Of a stretch of DNA of 64,000 bases, positions 31,382 to 41,999 are shown piece after piece. The position numbers and the translations under genes are program-made. The notes below the pieces were generated by a model, which saw nothing but the letters and a program-made list of their open reading frames with translations, was not told the origin of the DNA and searched no databases. The stretch lies in NCBI GenBank assembly GCA_965262115.1, contig OZ253496.1:2560001-2624000 (forward strand), in the 5' to 3' direction. This DNA comes from Nitrospinales bacterium. Lineage in GTDB: Bacteria > Nitrospinota > Nitrospinia > Nitrospinales > VA-1. How positions within the stretch are numbered: the stretch's first letter is position 1; each line of letters begins with the position of its first letter.

Positions 31382-31897
31382 TTATTTGCTACTTTTATAA
31401 ACAATCTTTTTTAGCGTTACCTCATCTACCAAAGTTCCACCAATCACAGATGGTAGTAACTTGTCATAAGCCTGGTTGTCTATAAACGGGTTATCTTTGA
31501 ACTGGTAAAACATATCTGCATTTGATTTTGAGTTAGCGTCAATTTGTTGTTCTGTTGAACCAGAAAACGGATTTTTAAGTATTGAATCTACAAATGCGTC
31601 TTTAAAATCAACCGTAAACTTAATTCCGATAATTATTTTGTTTGTGTTATTTTTGAATAAGGGCATATACCGTATTGATTTTTCTTGATACTCCGATGTA
31701 TGGGGCTCTAAAAGTCTTCCCACTACCGAAACGGAAGAATTTAGCTCGGTATTTAGTTTATTTAAAACTTTGTAGGTTCCGTCTGACTTTAAATCAACTT
31801 TCCTGCCATCTTTTAATTCAACTATTTCTGCATATATTAGAGATTGAACCGAGCACAAGATCATAATGATAAAAACGAACATTTTCATTTTATCCAC
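31382..31897 (-). CDS. AT-rich secreted hypothetical protein
   Basis: Signal peptide, GAGGAG RBS, low GC. Confidence 0.7.
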   Translation of the reverse strand: MDKMKMFVFIIMILCSVQSLIYAEIVELKDGRKVDLKSDGTYKVLNKLNTELNSSVSVVGRLLEPHTSEYQEKSIRYMPLFKNNTNKIIIGIKFTVDFKDAFVDSILKNPFSGSTEQQIDANSKSNADMFYQFKDNPFIDNQAYDKLLPSVIGGTLVDEVTLKKIVYKSSK

Positions 31898-32123
31898 TCC
31901 TCATTCAAACCAGTTCTTAGTTTTTTTCGGCCATTGTAATGCTGGACTTACTTGACAATAATATTTGTAGCAAGAAGGATTTTTTAACAAACCCCCTTAA
32001 TCCCCCTTCTCAGGGGGAATTATTGAAAAATCACATCCAGAAGTCTATTCGCAATTGTTCGCTCCAAAATGTTCTGACCTGTTTCCTCAAGGCGTAGCCT
32101 TGTTGTCACCGGCGGTTCGCCGG

Positions 32124-33659
32124 TTAGAACCAACTTTCTCTATCTAAAGAACGATATTGGATGGCTTCAGCGACGTGTTCTGACTGTACCGATTCGCACT
32201 CTGCCAGGTCGGCGATGGTGCGGGCGACTTTTAAGATGCGGTCGTGCGCCCGGGCACTGAGTCCCAGTTTATCAATAGCCATGGCCATAATCTTCTTTGA
32301 TGCCTCATCGAGTTGGCAATGAGATTTCAGTTGATGTGCGTTCATGTTGGCGTTGAAATTGTTTTCTTCACTTTGATGAAAACGTTTTAACTGGACACTG
32401 CGTGCCTGTTCAACTCTGATCGAAATGGTTTTTGATAGTTCGCCTCCGGATTCGGATGAAAGGTCTTTGTACTCCAATGCCGGCACTTCGATATGGAGAT
32501 CGATGCGGTCGAGCAGGGGACCCGATATTTTTCCGACATATTTTTTGATCATCATCGGTGTGCAACCACATTCGCGTTTCGGGTCGAACCGGTATCCGCA
32601 TGGGCAGGGATTCATCGCTGCTACCAGCATCAGGTTCGCCGGGTAGGTGATGGAACCGGCGGCGCGGGAGATGGAGACTTCTTCTTCTTCCAGAGGTTGG
32701 CGCAGGACTTCGAGCACATTCCTTTTAAATTCAGGAAGATCATCGAGAAACAACACGCCGTTATGCGCCATCGACACTTCACCCGGCATAGGCACTCGTC
32801 CACCGCCGATCAACCCGGCATCGGAGATGGTGTGATGCGGGGACCGAAAAGGGCGTTGCTTTAAGAGTCCGCGCTCGTTTTTTAATTGACCGAGCACACT
32901 ATGGATTTTTGTGCTTGTGATGGCTTCTCCCTGGGTCATGGAAGGCAGAATGGTCGGGATGCGTTTTGCCAGCATGGATTTTCCGGAACCGGGGGGTCCG
33001 ATAAGCAAAATATTATGTCCGCCTGAGGCGGCGATCTCCAATGCGCGTTTGACGTGGTGCTGGCCCTTGACATCGGTGAAATCTAATTCATATTCGTTCG
33101 AGTTGGGATTTTCAGTTTGGGGCTCGGGGGTCGCTGGCTGAAGCTCAAGCTTCCCGCACAAAAATTCCAGGGCCTGGGGCAGGGTTTCTATCTGGTAAAT
33201 GGGGATGCCTTCGATCACCGAAACTTCGGCAGCGTTTTGCGCTGGCAAAAGAACGCCTTCCATGCCGTTTTCACGAGCCATGGCGGTGATGGAGAGTCCG
33301 CCGCGAATGGGTTTGACCCTGCCGTCGAGAGACAGCTCGCCGAGAATCAGCAGTTTTTTCAGCCGGTCGTTTTCGATCATTCCGCTAGCCGAAAGAATTC
33401 CCAAGGCGATGGGGAGGTCGAATGCTGAACCTTCTTTGCGGATATCGGCAGGAGCAAGGTTGACGGTGATTTTTCGTACCGGCAGGGCTAACTGGATGTT
33501 GCGAATGGCGGCGGTGACCCGGTCACTGCTTTCCTTGACCGCTGCATCGGGCAGGCCAACGATGGACATGCCCGGCAGACCCTGTGAAAGATTGACTTCG
33601 ACCTCGACAGGGTAACCGTCTATGCCCAGAACTGCTCCACTGTGAACGAGTGCGACCAA
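32124..33659 (-). CDS. comM: YifB/ComM Mg-chelatase-like AAA+ ATPase
   Basis: VNLAPAD, GPPGSGKS, FRSPHH, NPCPCG, SGPLLDRID. Confidence 0.93.
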   Translation of the reverse strand: MVALVHSGAVLGIDGYPVEVEVNLSQGLPGMSIVGLPDAAVKESSDRVTAAIRNIQLALPVRKITVNLAPADIRKEGSAFDLPIALGILSASGMIENDRLKKLLILGELSLDGRVKPIRGGLSITAMARENGMEGVLLPAQNAAEVSVIEGIPIYQIETLPQALEFLCGKLELQPATPEPQTENPNSNEYELDFTDVKGQHHVKRALEIAASGGHNILLIGPPGSGKSMLAKRIPTILPSMTQGEAITSTKIHSVLGQLKNERGLLKQRPFRSPHHTISDAGLIGGGRVPMPGEVSMAHNGVLFLDDLPEFKRNVLEVLRQPLEEEEVSISRAAGSITYPANLMLVAAMNPCPCGYRFDPKRECGCTPMMIKKYVGKISGPLLDRIDLHIEVPALEYKDLSSESGGELSKTISIRVEQARSVQLKRFHQSEENNFNANMNAHQLKSHCQLDEASKKIMAMAIDKLGLSARAHDRILKVARTIADLAECESVQSEHVAEAIQYRSLDRESWF

Positions 33660-33812
33660 ATTCCCTCCAACCCGATTTGATGGTTTGTCGCGGCTAGCAC
33701 CCCGTTTTGGTATGCCGATTAATGGCTCAACCTACACGAGTCGTCCGATTCGGTCAAGCCTGCAAGTCGTGGTTTGTTTTTTTTGGAGGTTCACGGGTTC
33801 CGAGGATGGAGT

Positions 33813-34523
33813 TTAAGAACCCTCAATATCCTTGGCTTTCTTAAAATGGTGGGCGGCTTCTTCTAATTTACCTATTACAGACAGGGCGGTGCCCAGGTTG
33901 AAATGCGCATCGGCGTAATCAGGCTTAATTTCCAGAGCGGGTTTATATGAAACCTTTGCTTGCTCTAAATTATTTTTAGCATGAAGAGCTACGCCCAGGT
34001 TGTTGTAAGTCAGGGCAAATGGGGGAGGTGTCTGCATTTTGTCGTAAACTTCAATAGCATGTTTGAAGAGGGTGATGCTGTCTTTCCAGTGGCTGACCTG
34101 TTGCCAGGTAAGGACCATGAGTGTTGGTATCAGCAATCCGGATGCAACGGACAGGAGTAAATTTCTATAAGGAAGCTTTTTCAAAAGTTCTGGTACTCCC
34201 CATCCGATGGCAATAAAAATTCCAACTAGAGGTACATACATATATCGATCTGCCATGGCCTGGATTCCCACCTGCACAATCCCGATCACGGGAATCAGGG
34301 TTCCTAAGTACCCGAACCATTTTACGGCGAGATAAGGTGCCTGACGCATAACACGAATAACAGAGTAGGTTAGGCATGCTAATACCACAGCACACACCCA
34401 TCCATTCCAAATACTTAATGTGTTTCCTGGGTGAGGATATAGAACAGAGAGTCCCTTTGGCCGCATCATCTTTTCCAAATACTCAAGGTAAGAAACCATG
34501 GCATTTACGAACCGGACCTGCAT
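33813..34523 (-). pseudogene. 5'-truncated TMTC-like membrane glycosyltransferase/TPR protein
   Basis: QAMADRYMYVP and C-terminal TPRs; lacks the usual N-terminal half. Confidence 0.65.
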
Positions 34524-34528
34524 AGGGT

Positions 34529-35048
34529 ATGTCTCTAAAGAAAAAACTGCCCCGCCTCCTTTTTGGGCCTGGAAAGTTGTAACGCTTGATACAGTGCGAG
34601 GAAAAATAAGGGGGCTTTTTCCCAGATAAGACTGCGGTTCGGCAACTGGATTCCATCCTCTCGGCTCCGGAAGCGAAATTTATTGACGAGATCACCATTG
34701 GTTGCAGTGACCTGTCTGAGTCCATGAAGAAACCGAAATGGGACGCAAGTTTCATGGCTCAGGTGGTGAAAGTGGTAAAAAAAAATTCAAGACAAAAACA
34801 TTCCCGTTTCGGTGGGAGGGGGTATCACTCCCGAAACCATTGATGGATATCTGAAAAGAGTCCAGCCTGATAATTTCAACACCCGGGTTGTCACATTCAA
34901 AGTGGAACCGGGCCGCAATTACTGTGAAGCGGTTCAATCAGCGTTACGCTTTGAGATCCTCATGCTTAAGCACGATTCATCCCTCAAATTCATCTCCCGC
35001 GATGAAGAAAAGTTCCGCATCAAAGAGCTGAAAAAGCGCTTGAAATAA
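34529..35048 (+). pseudogene. HpcH/CitE-like aldolase/citrate lyase family remnant
   Basis: Pieces KTAVRQLDSIL, ITIGCSDLSESM, VSVGGGITP, FNTRVVTF across stops and frameshifts. Confidence 0.5.
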
Positions 35049-35119
35049 GCTTTTTCAAAGCTCTAAAACCCCAAAATTTCTTTTCCCCTTTTGCCGGTAA
35101 GTATTCATTCAGGATGTTA

Positions 35120-35147
35120 TTGACAAAATACTGAAATGTCTTACAAT
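35120..35147 (+). promoter_or_regulatory. sigma70-type promoter of aclBA
   Basis: TTGACA-16-TACAAT. Confidence 0.6.
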
Positions 35148-35290
35148 ACTGCCTCGTACTACCATGAACTTAAGCAAATATATGGATTTAGCCGGATTCC
35201 AGTCTGATGGAATTCTATAAGTAATTGATTATTTTAGACTCTCACACCCAAAACCCATTTTAATTTTTATTTAGAAGGCAGGAGAAAACG

Positions 35291-36559
35291 ATGCAGTTAA
35301 CTGGCATGCTTTGGGGGCGTAAATTGTTGGACCTCGTAGAATTCCCCCACTCAGAAGTTCGGGGTCCTGAACTAAGTGTCGATGAAATCAAAGAAATGAT
35401 AAAACGGCACGGTCAGGTTTTTATCAAGCCTTTGTTTAAAGGCGGGGTCGGTAAAAAAGGGAAGGCCGGTTTTCTGGGCCGGGTCGACAACATCACCGAT
35501 GCCCTGAAAGAAAAAGAACGTCTTTATTTTGTAGAACACGTGGATGGATTCCACAAGGCAAAGTCCGACGGCGTCACCTATGAAGGAGCGGTGCCTGCTG
35601 AATACGAAATCTATTTTTCCATTTCCGAAAGCACGGAGCATCGTTGTCCTGTGATGACCATCACCCATCATGGTGGGGTCGAAATCGAAGAACTGGGTGA
35701 GGATAAACTTAAAGTGGTGCCGTTTGATGCCTTGACCGGACTGAAAGCTTTTCATGTCTCCAACGCATTGATGGAACTAGGTGCCCCTCCTGCGGTGATC
35801 AGCCCGCTGGTGCAGAACCTTCCCAAGCTTTGGGACCTTTATAACAACTATGGCATGTTGATGCTGGAGCTCAATCCCATCCGCATGCAACCGGGTAAAG
35901 GCGGACGTCTGGCTCCGATCGCTTGTGATTTTAAATGTGCCTTCGATCTCGATGATCCGGCTTGGAAACGTCTGCACCTTCCAGCACATTTGTTCGCTTC
36001 CGACTACTCTGAGTTCGAGCAGGAGATCAACCAGCTTCGGACCTATCAGGGCCAAAGTGACGTATTTGTCATGAATGATAAGGGGACCATCACTGCGCCG
36101 ACGTTCGGCGGCGGTGCCAACGCCATGGTCACAGAACTTCTGGGTGAAGACGCAACGATCTCCTCCGACTTTGGTGGTAACCCCCCTTATGAAAAAATGC
36201 ACGATATTTCCAGGACCAGTTTCAAATACTGGTTGCCACAATCCAATGTGCTGTTCATCATCGGTGGCAAAGCCAATAATACAGATATCTATGAAACGTT
36301 CCGAGCCATGGGTGACGGGTTGCGTGATTTCTTCCAGACCCACGGGCCGATTCCTCTGTTTGTCGTAGTAGGTAGGGGTGGACCCAATGTCATTCGCGGG
36401 ATGAACTATTTGCGGGAAATTCTCGACTCATTAGGAATTCCGTACCGTTTCTTCGGACACGACAGCGCCATGTCCGAGGTGATCAATTACGCTCTGGCGA
36501 TCAACGAGTGGATGAAGAACGGTGGCAAGGACGAAATTAAAGCAAAACTTAAAATATAG
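35291..36559 (+). CDS. aclB: ATP-citrate lyase beta subunit (ATP-grasp)
   Basis: KKGKAG, LELNP, GGGAN, DFGGNP, IGGKANNTD, GRGGPN. Confidence 0.9.
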   Translation: MQLTGMLWGRKLLDLVEFPHSEVRGPELSVDEIKEMIKRHGQVFIKPLFKGGVGKKGKAGFLGRVDNITDALKEKERLYFVEHVDGFHKAKSDGVTYEGAVPAEYEIYFSISESTEHRCPVMTITHHGGVEIEELGEDKLKVVPFDALTGLKAFHVSNALMELGAPPAVISPLVQNLPKLWDLYNNYGMLMLELNPIRMQPGKGGRLAPIACDFKCAFDLDDPAWKRLHLPAHLFASDYSEFEQEINQLRTYQGQSDVFVMNDKGTITAPTFGGGANAMVTELLGEDATISSDFGGNPPYEKMHDISRTSFKYWLPQSNVLFIIGGKANNTDIYETFRAMGDGLRDFFQTHGPIPLFVVVGRGGPNVIRGMNYLREILDSLGIPYRFFGHDSAMSEVINYALAINEWMKNGGKDEIKAKLKI

Positions 36560-36617
36560 GGTCTCCAAGGCTCTCTTAAAAATATCAATTACAAGCGTTT
36601 TCTGTTTGGAGGTTTGA

Positions 36618-39332
36618 ATGCATAAGCAAGGCGTGGGAGATTTTCCCTTTTACTGTGGCATCAATTCCTTGTCTGAACTGGCGGTCAAAGAAGACAGGGT
36701 TGTTGTCTTAAACATTCTGGGCAAAGAAAGTTCAGGAGTAACCCCTATCAGCAACGATTATTCTGGTGGCAATATTGTGTTCGGCACCGGACCGGGTAAA
36801 TCTGGTAAATCCTTGACAACCAAATCGGGGAAAATTCCGGTTTACAACTCTATTAGAGAAGGTCTTGATGCGGGACATAAATTCAATACGGTAGTAGTCT
36901 ATTTGCCGCCTTCTGGCGTAAAAGATGGGATCGCCGAAGCGGTGCGCGAAAATCCGGATTTAACAAAAGCCATCATTCTAACCGAGAAAGTGTCGGTCAA
37001 AGATTCCCGTATTATGCGCGCTATTTGTCAAGCCAACGGCGTTGACTTGTTTGGCGGCAATTGCCTCGGGCTTGCAGATGCCTGGAACCACATTCGCCTT
37101 GGCGGTGCGCTGGGAGGCAACGCTCCCGAAGAGTCTCTGGTCAAGGGAACGGTGGCTCTGTTCTCCAATTCCGGTAACTTCACCACCACCATCGCAGTTT
37201 ATCTGACTACGGCGGGGTGGGGCACCACCACTTCTGTTTCCAGCGGTAAGGATGTTTATATCCAATATGGCGCGAAAGAGTTTTTGCATGCCTTTGATAA
37301 TGACGATCGCTCAAAAGTGGCAGTTATGTACAGTGAGCCGGGTGGATATTATGAATACGGTCTCAAATCAAAAAAACCCATTGTCGCCTGTGTGGTTGGG
37401 CGCTGGAAAGCCAGATTGACCAAAGCCTGTGGTCACGCTGGGTCGCTGGCGGGTTCCGGAGATGATGCCCTGGCCAAGGAACAGTGGTTCATGGATTATT
37501 TTGGCGTGGATGGGATTTACACCCCACAAAAACCTATCTTATCCAAAAAAGGTGCTTTGGTGACCAATATCGCGCATATTCCTGAGGCCGTAAGCAAAGT
37601 CATGGAGCTTAACGGGCAAAAGCCTGACTTTGAACCTAAAGGAAGCCTGGACTTGAAAAGTTGGTTTGGCAATAATCAGGGCTTGTCATTACCGCCTGAA
37701 CTGGATGTTCCGGTTGTTGAGGCAGCCGAACCTTATAACCAGCAGATTGAAGCTCTGAACAAAATGGTCGGTGCCCAGTATCGGCGGGAAACTCTCAAGG
37801 ATGCCAGCGGCGCTTCCATGATGGACCCGAAAACCCAGGTTTCAAAAATCCATGGCACATCGATTCTCGATGCTTCGGTGAAAACCTTTGAAGCTAATCT
37901 GGTGTTCGCGTTGACCCGGGTTTATACATGTGAATATGGCGAAAAGATTGCCAACATCGTGCTGAACATGTATGTCCATCAGCATGGTCAGCCGACCCTG
38001 GCTGCCGCTGAAGCGGCAAGGGAAAACGGCAACTCCCCCAATACAGTGGTGGCTTCGGCGGTTGCTATCTGCGGTAAAAAAATGGTTCAAAAAGCCATGG
38101 ACGCTTCCAGCGCGCTTCTGGAATTGTTCCAGTACACCAAGATGAACGACCCGCGCGAGAAGTTCGATTATGCCGACCAGTTGAAAGAAGCCGAAAAATA
38201 TAAAGACGTGCTCCTTGCAGATGGAGAAGATGCTTGCGCTAAAAAGCTGGCCGATTGTCTCAATAAAGCCGGTTACTCTGTTTTTGTCCAGTTTGTGCAG
38301 GACTTTGCAGAAGCCAACGGCGGCAAGCTTTCCACCGATGCGTTGTTCGCCGCTGTATGGACAACCTTGGGATGGCATGCCCTGCGGACCAAAAAGATTT
38401 CCAAAAACACCCTTGTGCGCATGCCCTGGTATTCACGCATCTACAGCACCATTGTAGGTGTTTCCGCGCCAGCATCCCGGCACGGCGAAGACAGCATTGC
38501 TGGAGTGAAACTGGAAGAGTTGATTCCCAACTACAGTTTCACCAAAACGGCGTTCGTCACGCTTCTGGGTCGTCAGCCTTCCGAATCGGAGCTCTATGAG
38601 TTCCAGGTTTTGCTTGGACTCATCATCACCAACGGACCGGGTACCATCTCGGCACAGGGTTCCAAAGGCGCGGTCAGTGCGGATGGACCGGAACAGCCGC
38701 AACGGGTTCAGGTGAATAAAGCCTTTATCGGGTTTCTCACCCATACAGGGTTCGCTCATGGCGGAAACGGTTACGAGGCCGCGGCCTTCCTGCTTGAAAA
38801 CTTTAAAGGCAAAGGTCTTAAAAGTGCTGCCGATACAGGGCATGGACTCGACCTCGATGCCATGGCCATGGAAGTGGCGAACAACTACGCAGATTATAAA
38901 AAGAAACAGAAAGCCATTGGCAATCTCGATTATGCCAAATTGCCCTGTATCAACCATCCGATCTTCAAGGGGAAAGATGTGAACTACGATCCCCGCGAAG
39001 TTTTTGTGCGGGACCTCTTTAAAGAAAAGGGCATCAACAATATCTTTCTTGATTTCTACCACAGTCTTGTTGAGTCTCTCTTCAAGACCAAGGTCAGTAA
39101 AAATGTTTACTGCGTTAATATTGATGTGGTCATCGCTGTTATCCTGCTCAAGGTTGTCTGGGCTGATTTCAATGAAGGCAAGATGAAAGAAGAGGATATC
39201 GAGTCCGCCAGCTTTGCCACCTTCCTGTTCGGCAGGATGATCGGTTGCGCTGCGGAAATTGATGACCACACTTCACGCGGTAAAAATATGGATACCCGCA
39301 CCCCGGCCAGTAAATGCAGTTACGTGGGGTGA
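36618..39332 (+). CDS. aclA: ATP-citrate lyase alpha subunit, long form (CoA-binding + citrate-synthase-like)
   Basis: GGNCLG, SNSGN, CGHAG (phospho-His), AHGGN, NHP, NID. Confidence 0.88.
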   Translation: MHKQGVGDFPFYCGINSLSELAVKEDRVVVLNILGKESSGVTPISNDYSGGNIVFGTGPGKSGKSLTTKSGKIPVYNSIREGLDAGHKFNTVVVYLPPSGVKDGIAEAVRENPDLTKAIILTEKVSVKDSRIMRAICQANGVDLFGGNCLGLADAWNHIRLGGALGGNAPEESLVKGTVALFSNSGNFTTTIAVYLTTAGWGTTTSVSSGKDVYIQYGAKEFLHAFDNDDRSKVAVMYSEPGGYYEYGLKSKKPIVACVVGRWKARLTKACGHAGSLAGSGDDALAKEQWFMDYFGVDGIYTPQKPILSKKGALVTNIAHIPEAVSKVMELNGQKPDFEPKGSLDLKSWFGNNQGLSLPPELDVPVVEAAEPYNQQIEALNKMVGAQYRRETLKDASGASMMDPKTQVSKIHGTSILDASVKTFEANLVFALTRVYTCEYGEKIANIVLNMYVHQHGQPTLAAAEAARENGNSPNTVVASAVAICGKKMVQKAMDASSALLELFQYTKMNDPREKFDYADQLKEAEKYKDVLLADGEDACAKKLADCLNKAGYSVFVQFVQDFAEANGGKLSTDALFAAVWTTLGWHALRTKKISKNTLVRMPWYSRIYSTIVGVSAPASRHGEDSIAGVKLEELIPNYSFTKTAFVTLLGRQPSESELYEFQVLLGLIITNGPGTISAQGSKGAVSADGPEQPQRVQVNKAFIGFLTHTGFAHGGNGYEAAAFLLENFKGKGLKSAADTGHGLDLDAMAMEVANNYADYKKKQKAIGNLDYAKLPCINHPIFKGKDVNYDPREVFVRDLFKEKGINNIFLDFYHSLVESLFKTKVSKNVYCVNIDVVIAVILLKVVWADFNEGKMKEEDIESASFATFLFGRMIGCAAEIDDHTSRGKNMDTRTPASKCSYVG

Positions 39333-39402
39333 CACTTTTCATTTGCCCCTGAAATAACGGTAGTTAGTAAGGGGCGGTGATGGAATAAAAATTATATGCA
39401 CT

Positions 39403-39437
39403 AAAAGCCTTTACCCATTATGGGTAGAGGCTTTTTG
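39403..39437 (+). terminator. intrinsic terminator after aclA
   Basis: AAAAGCCTTTACCCAT-T-ATGGGTAGAGGCTTTTT. Confidence 0.75.
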
Positions 39438-39667
39438 TTTTTTATAAAAGCTGTGGTAAATTTTATAGCGTGATGATCGAACCGAACGACGAATACCGGA
39501 TGGGTGCTCAGAACCTGGTTCAAGGTGATGGGCCGAAGAAAGACAGCTGATAGTCCGGCTATGGAAATGGATAATACCCTGAACTTTACCAACACTCCTG
39601 TAGATTCTTTTTGTAGATTTTATATTCCGCAGATATAGTTATCGCTAATTCCCCATAGAGGAAATCC

Positions 39668-40402
39668 ATGCAAGCGCAACCGGGGGTGTTGAGTCCCCCA
39701 AAAAAACATTCGCTGATTCAGGTTTATAATTTTAAAGACCTGCCGTTGATCACCATGAACGTGGCGCGGATCGGTGCCCAGACTCCCGGTATGGCCTCCG
39801 AAATTGCGGGTAAGGAAAAGCATTTTGCCGTGGTCGGATTCGGGCCCATGGCCTGGATCTGGCTCACGCCGGATAAACCAGTGCCCGGCGGGTTTCGTGT
39901 TTTTGATGAAACCGAAATAGATGGGGAAGACGTCCCCGAAACCGAAGGCGATATCCTGCTTTATTTTTCTTCCGACCGGGCAGATTTAAATCGGGAAATA
40001 GCCAATCAGGTCCGCGAACTATTTGGCAACGATGGGGAACTAGTTGAAGAAGTTTTGCTGGAAAATTTTGATCGGACGAATGACACACAAAACATTCTCA
40101 TAGGTAGATCTACCAACCTTGATACCGAGAAGAGCAGTTTTGTTTTCACCCAGCGGTTTCAGGGTGAGGAGGACATTCCTTCAAAACACTATCAAAACAG
40201 TTTTCCCTGCAAGACCGACCGTTACACCATGACCTACAGCAATAACCCGTCTGAGTTGGAAGCGCATGGAGAATCGGTTTCCCGTCCCCCGGTTTCGCGC
40301 AGGATATTTTTCATTCCCTCCCTCGATTTGTTGACCAGTCTAAGGATGGGTGGCATCCGCATGGGCTCCCTCGCCATCAACGCCAAATGGAAAGGCCACT
40401 AG
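39668..40402 (+). CDS. degenerate DyP-type peroxidase-like protein
   Basis: AVVGFG..W, PETEGDILL..SDRADL, SSFVFTQRF, FFIPSLD; lacks GxxDG. Confidence 0.65.
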   Translation: MQAQPGVLSPPKKHSLIQVYNFKDLPLITMNVARIGAQTPGMASEIAGKEKHFAVVGFGPMAWIWLTPDKPVPGGFRVFDETEIDGEDVPETEGDILLYFSSDRADLNREIANQVRELFGNDGELVEEVLLENFDRTNDTQNILIGRSTNLDTEKSSFVFTQRFQGEEDIPSKHYQNSFPCKTDRYTMTYSNNPSELEAHGESVSRPPVSRRIFFIPSLDLLTSLRMGGIRMGSLAINAKWKGH

Positions 40403-40644
40403 CGTGGCAGGCAAATAACGGTAGGCGGTCGCTATGCTCCCGATCTGCAAAAAAATAATTCCTCCCCTGATAAGGGGAGGTTAGGAGGGGTTGGGTGGTT
40501 TGGTTCCCGTTTTTCTCACTTCAGTCTAAACTCTTTTTCGATTGACCAAATTATTTGAAAGTGGCAATATCTGAGCCAAGTCGGGTCAAAATTTTATTAC
40601 AGTAGGGTTGTCCGTTTCTGAGCCCATAATCTTGGAGGTTTCGT

Positions 40645-41232
40645 ATGGCTGGTATTCCCACCGTTACAAGCAAGAGGATCGCTTCTGTTGTTCCTAAATT
40701 TAAGAAGGTGCTAGAGCAAGCGCGTGAACGGGAATTGTGAACGAATCGGATAATGTGGCAAATTTATCGAGTGACCCTGGAGGATCGGGTCGAGTGCACA
40801 AAGTTGATCGAGTTTGATTTCACCACACTCAATCTGCGCAAGAAAGACGAACAAGAAATGCTGTTTTTGTTGTGCAAGCGAGGTGTTCAAAAAGACTTGT
40901 TTGATGAATTCTATGAATATCGCCAAAAAGTGAATCATTACACTGTAGGTGCGGTTTTACTGACAGAACCTGTAATTAGCGTAATTCGTCGTGAAATTCG
41001 AAAAATCAAGGACGGGCTGAAAGTAAGTAATGAAGAAATCGAAGAACTCATCTCTAATGAAGTGCTCAAGCGTGACCTGTTAGAAAGTGAAGCCGCAAAG
41101 GAAGCCCAGAAAAATATTCAGAAGTTACTGAAGAAACGCCTCAAGTCGAAACCCAAACCTTCTCAACCATCGAGTTCCGAGGCTATCAAGCCGCCGGAAG
41201 AAACTTGCCAGGAGCAAAGTTCTAGCGACTAG
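40645..41232 (+). pseudogene. type I restriction HsdR N-terminal-like nuclease, internally deleted
   Basis: GGAGG RBS; MAGIPTVTSKRI..LEQARER, VNESD out of frame, then jumps to WQIYRV. Confidence 0.55.
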
Positions 41233-41488
41233 CTATGCGCTAATAAAGCATTGCAAATTATCTGCTTAGCTGGCCCTGTTGTATTCCCTCTTTAGATTTC
41301 ATCCCCCCTGACCCCCGGAGAGGTTACACGCTTAGTGGATTAAATATTACATGTGGCTTGTTCGTTCATACTTTCGAGCCGGTGGACGAGGATGCCGCCC
41401 CTGGCAAATAGTCTGTGAACGGTGGTTGTTTTGTAGCGATAATTGCAATAAAATAAGCAGACTCTATATTTTGGAGAGGGGAAGCCTC

Positions 41489-41704
41489 ATGCGTAACGAG
41501 TTCACCGCAGTTTTTGAAAAAGAAGAGGACTGGTTCATCGCATATTGCCCTGAAGTTCCGGGGGCGAATGGGCAGGGGAAAACCTTGGAGGACTGCCGAC
41601 AGAGTTTGGCGGATGCCATTTCCCTGATTCTTGAAGACCGGCGCGAAGAAGGTTTGCAGGGAGTTCCTGATGATGCCATTCGTGGCATTGTCAGTATTCC
41701 ATGA
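41489..41704 (+). CDS. hicB: HicB-family antitoxin
   Basis: WFIAYCPEVPGANGQGKTLEDCRQSLADAI. Confidence 0.9.
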   Translation: MRNEFTAVFEKEEDWFIAYCPEVPGANGQGKTLEDCRQSLADAISLILEDRREEGLQGVPDDAIRGIVSIP

Positions 41705-41886
41705 AGCGGAACCAGCTTCTGAAACATTTACGCAGACAAGGTTGCCATCTTAAAAGGGAAGGTGCTTCTCATTCTCTTTGGACAAATCCCCAAACGGGTC
41801 AGGTCGAAACCGTTCCAAGACACACCGAAATTCCTGATCGTCTAGCCAAAAAAATTTGCAAGGGCTTGGGCATTCCTGAAATTTAA
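41701..41886 (+). CDS. hicA: HicA-family mRNA interferase
   Basis: REGASHSLW..VPRHTEI; ATGA overlap with hicB. Confidence 0.92.
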   Translation: MKRNQLLKHLRRQGCHLKREGASHSLWTNPQTGQVETVPRHTEIPDRLAKKICKGLGIPEI

Positions 41887-41999
41887 ACCCCTAAAACCTA
41901 TCAAGGCAAGCTTGGGCTAAGCTCCGACATGCAACCTGCGTTTGGTCTTACAGTTCGCGGAGCGTCGGCCAAAATTTACGCGTGGCGGTGTGCCATCCA

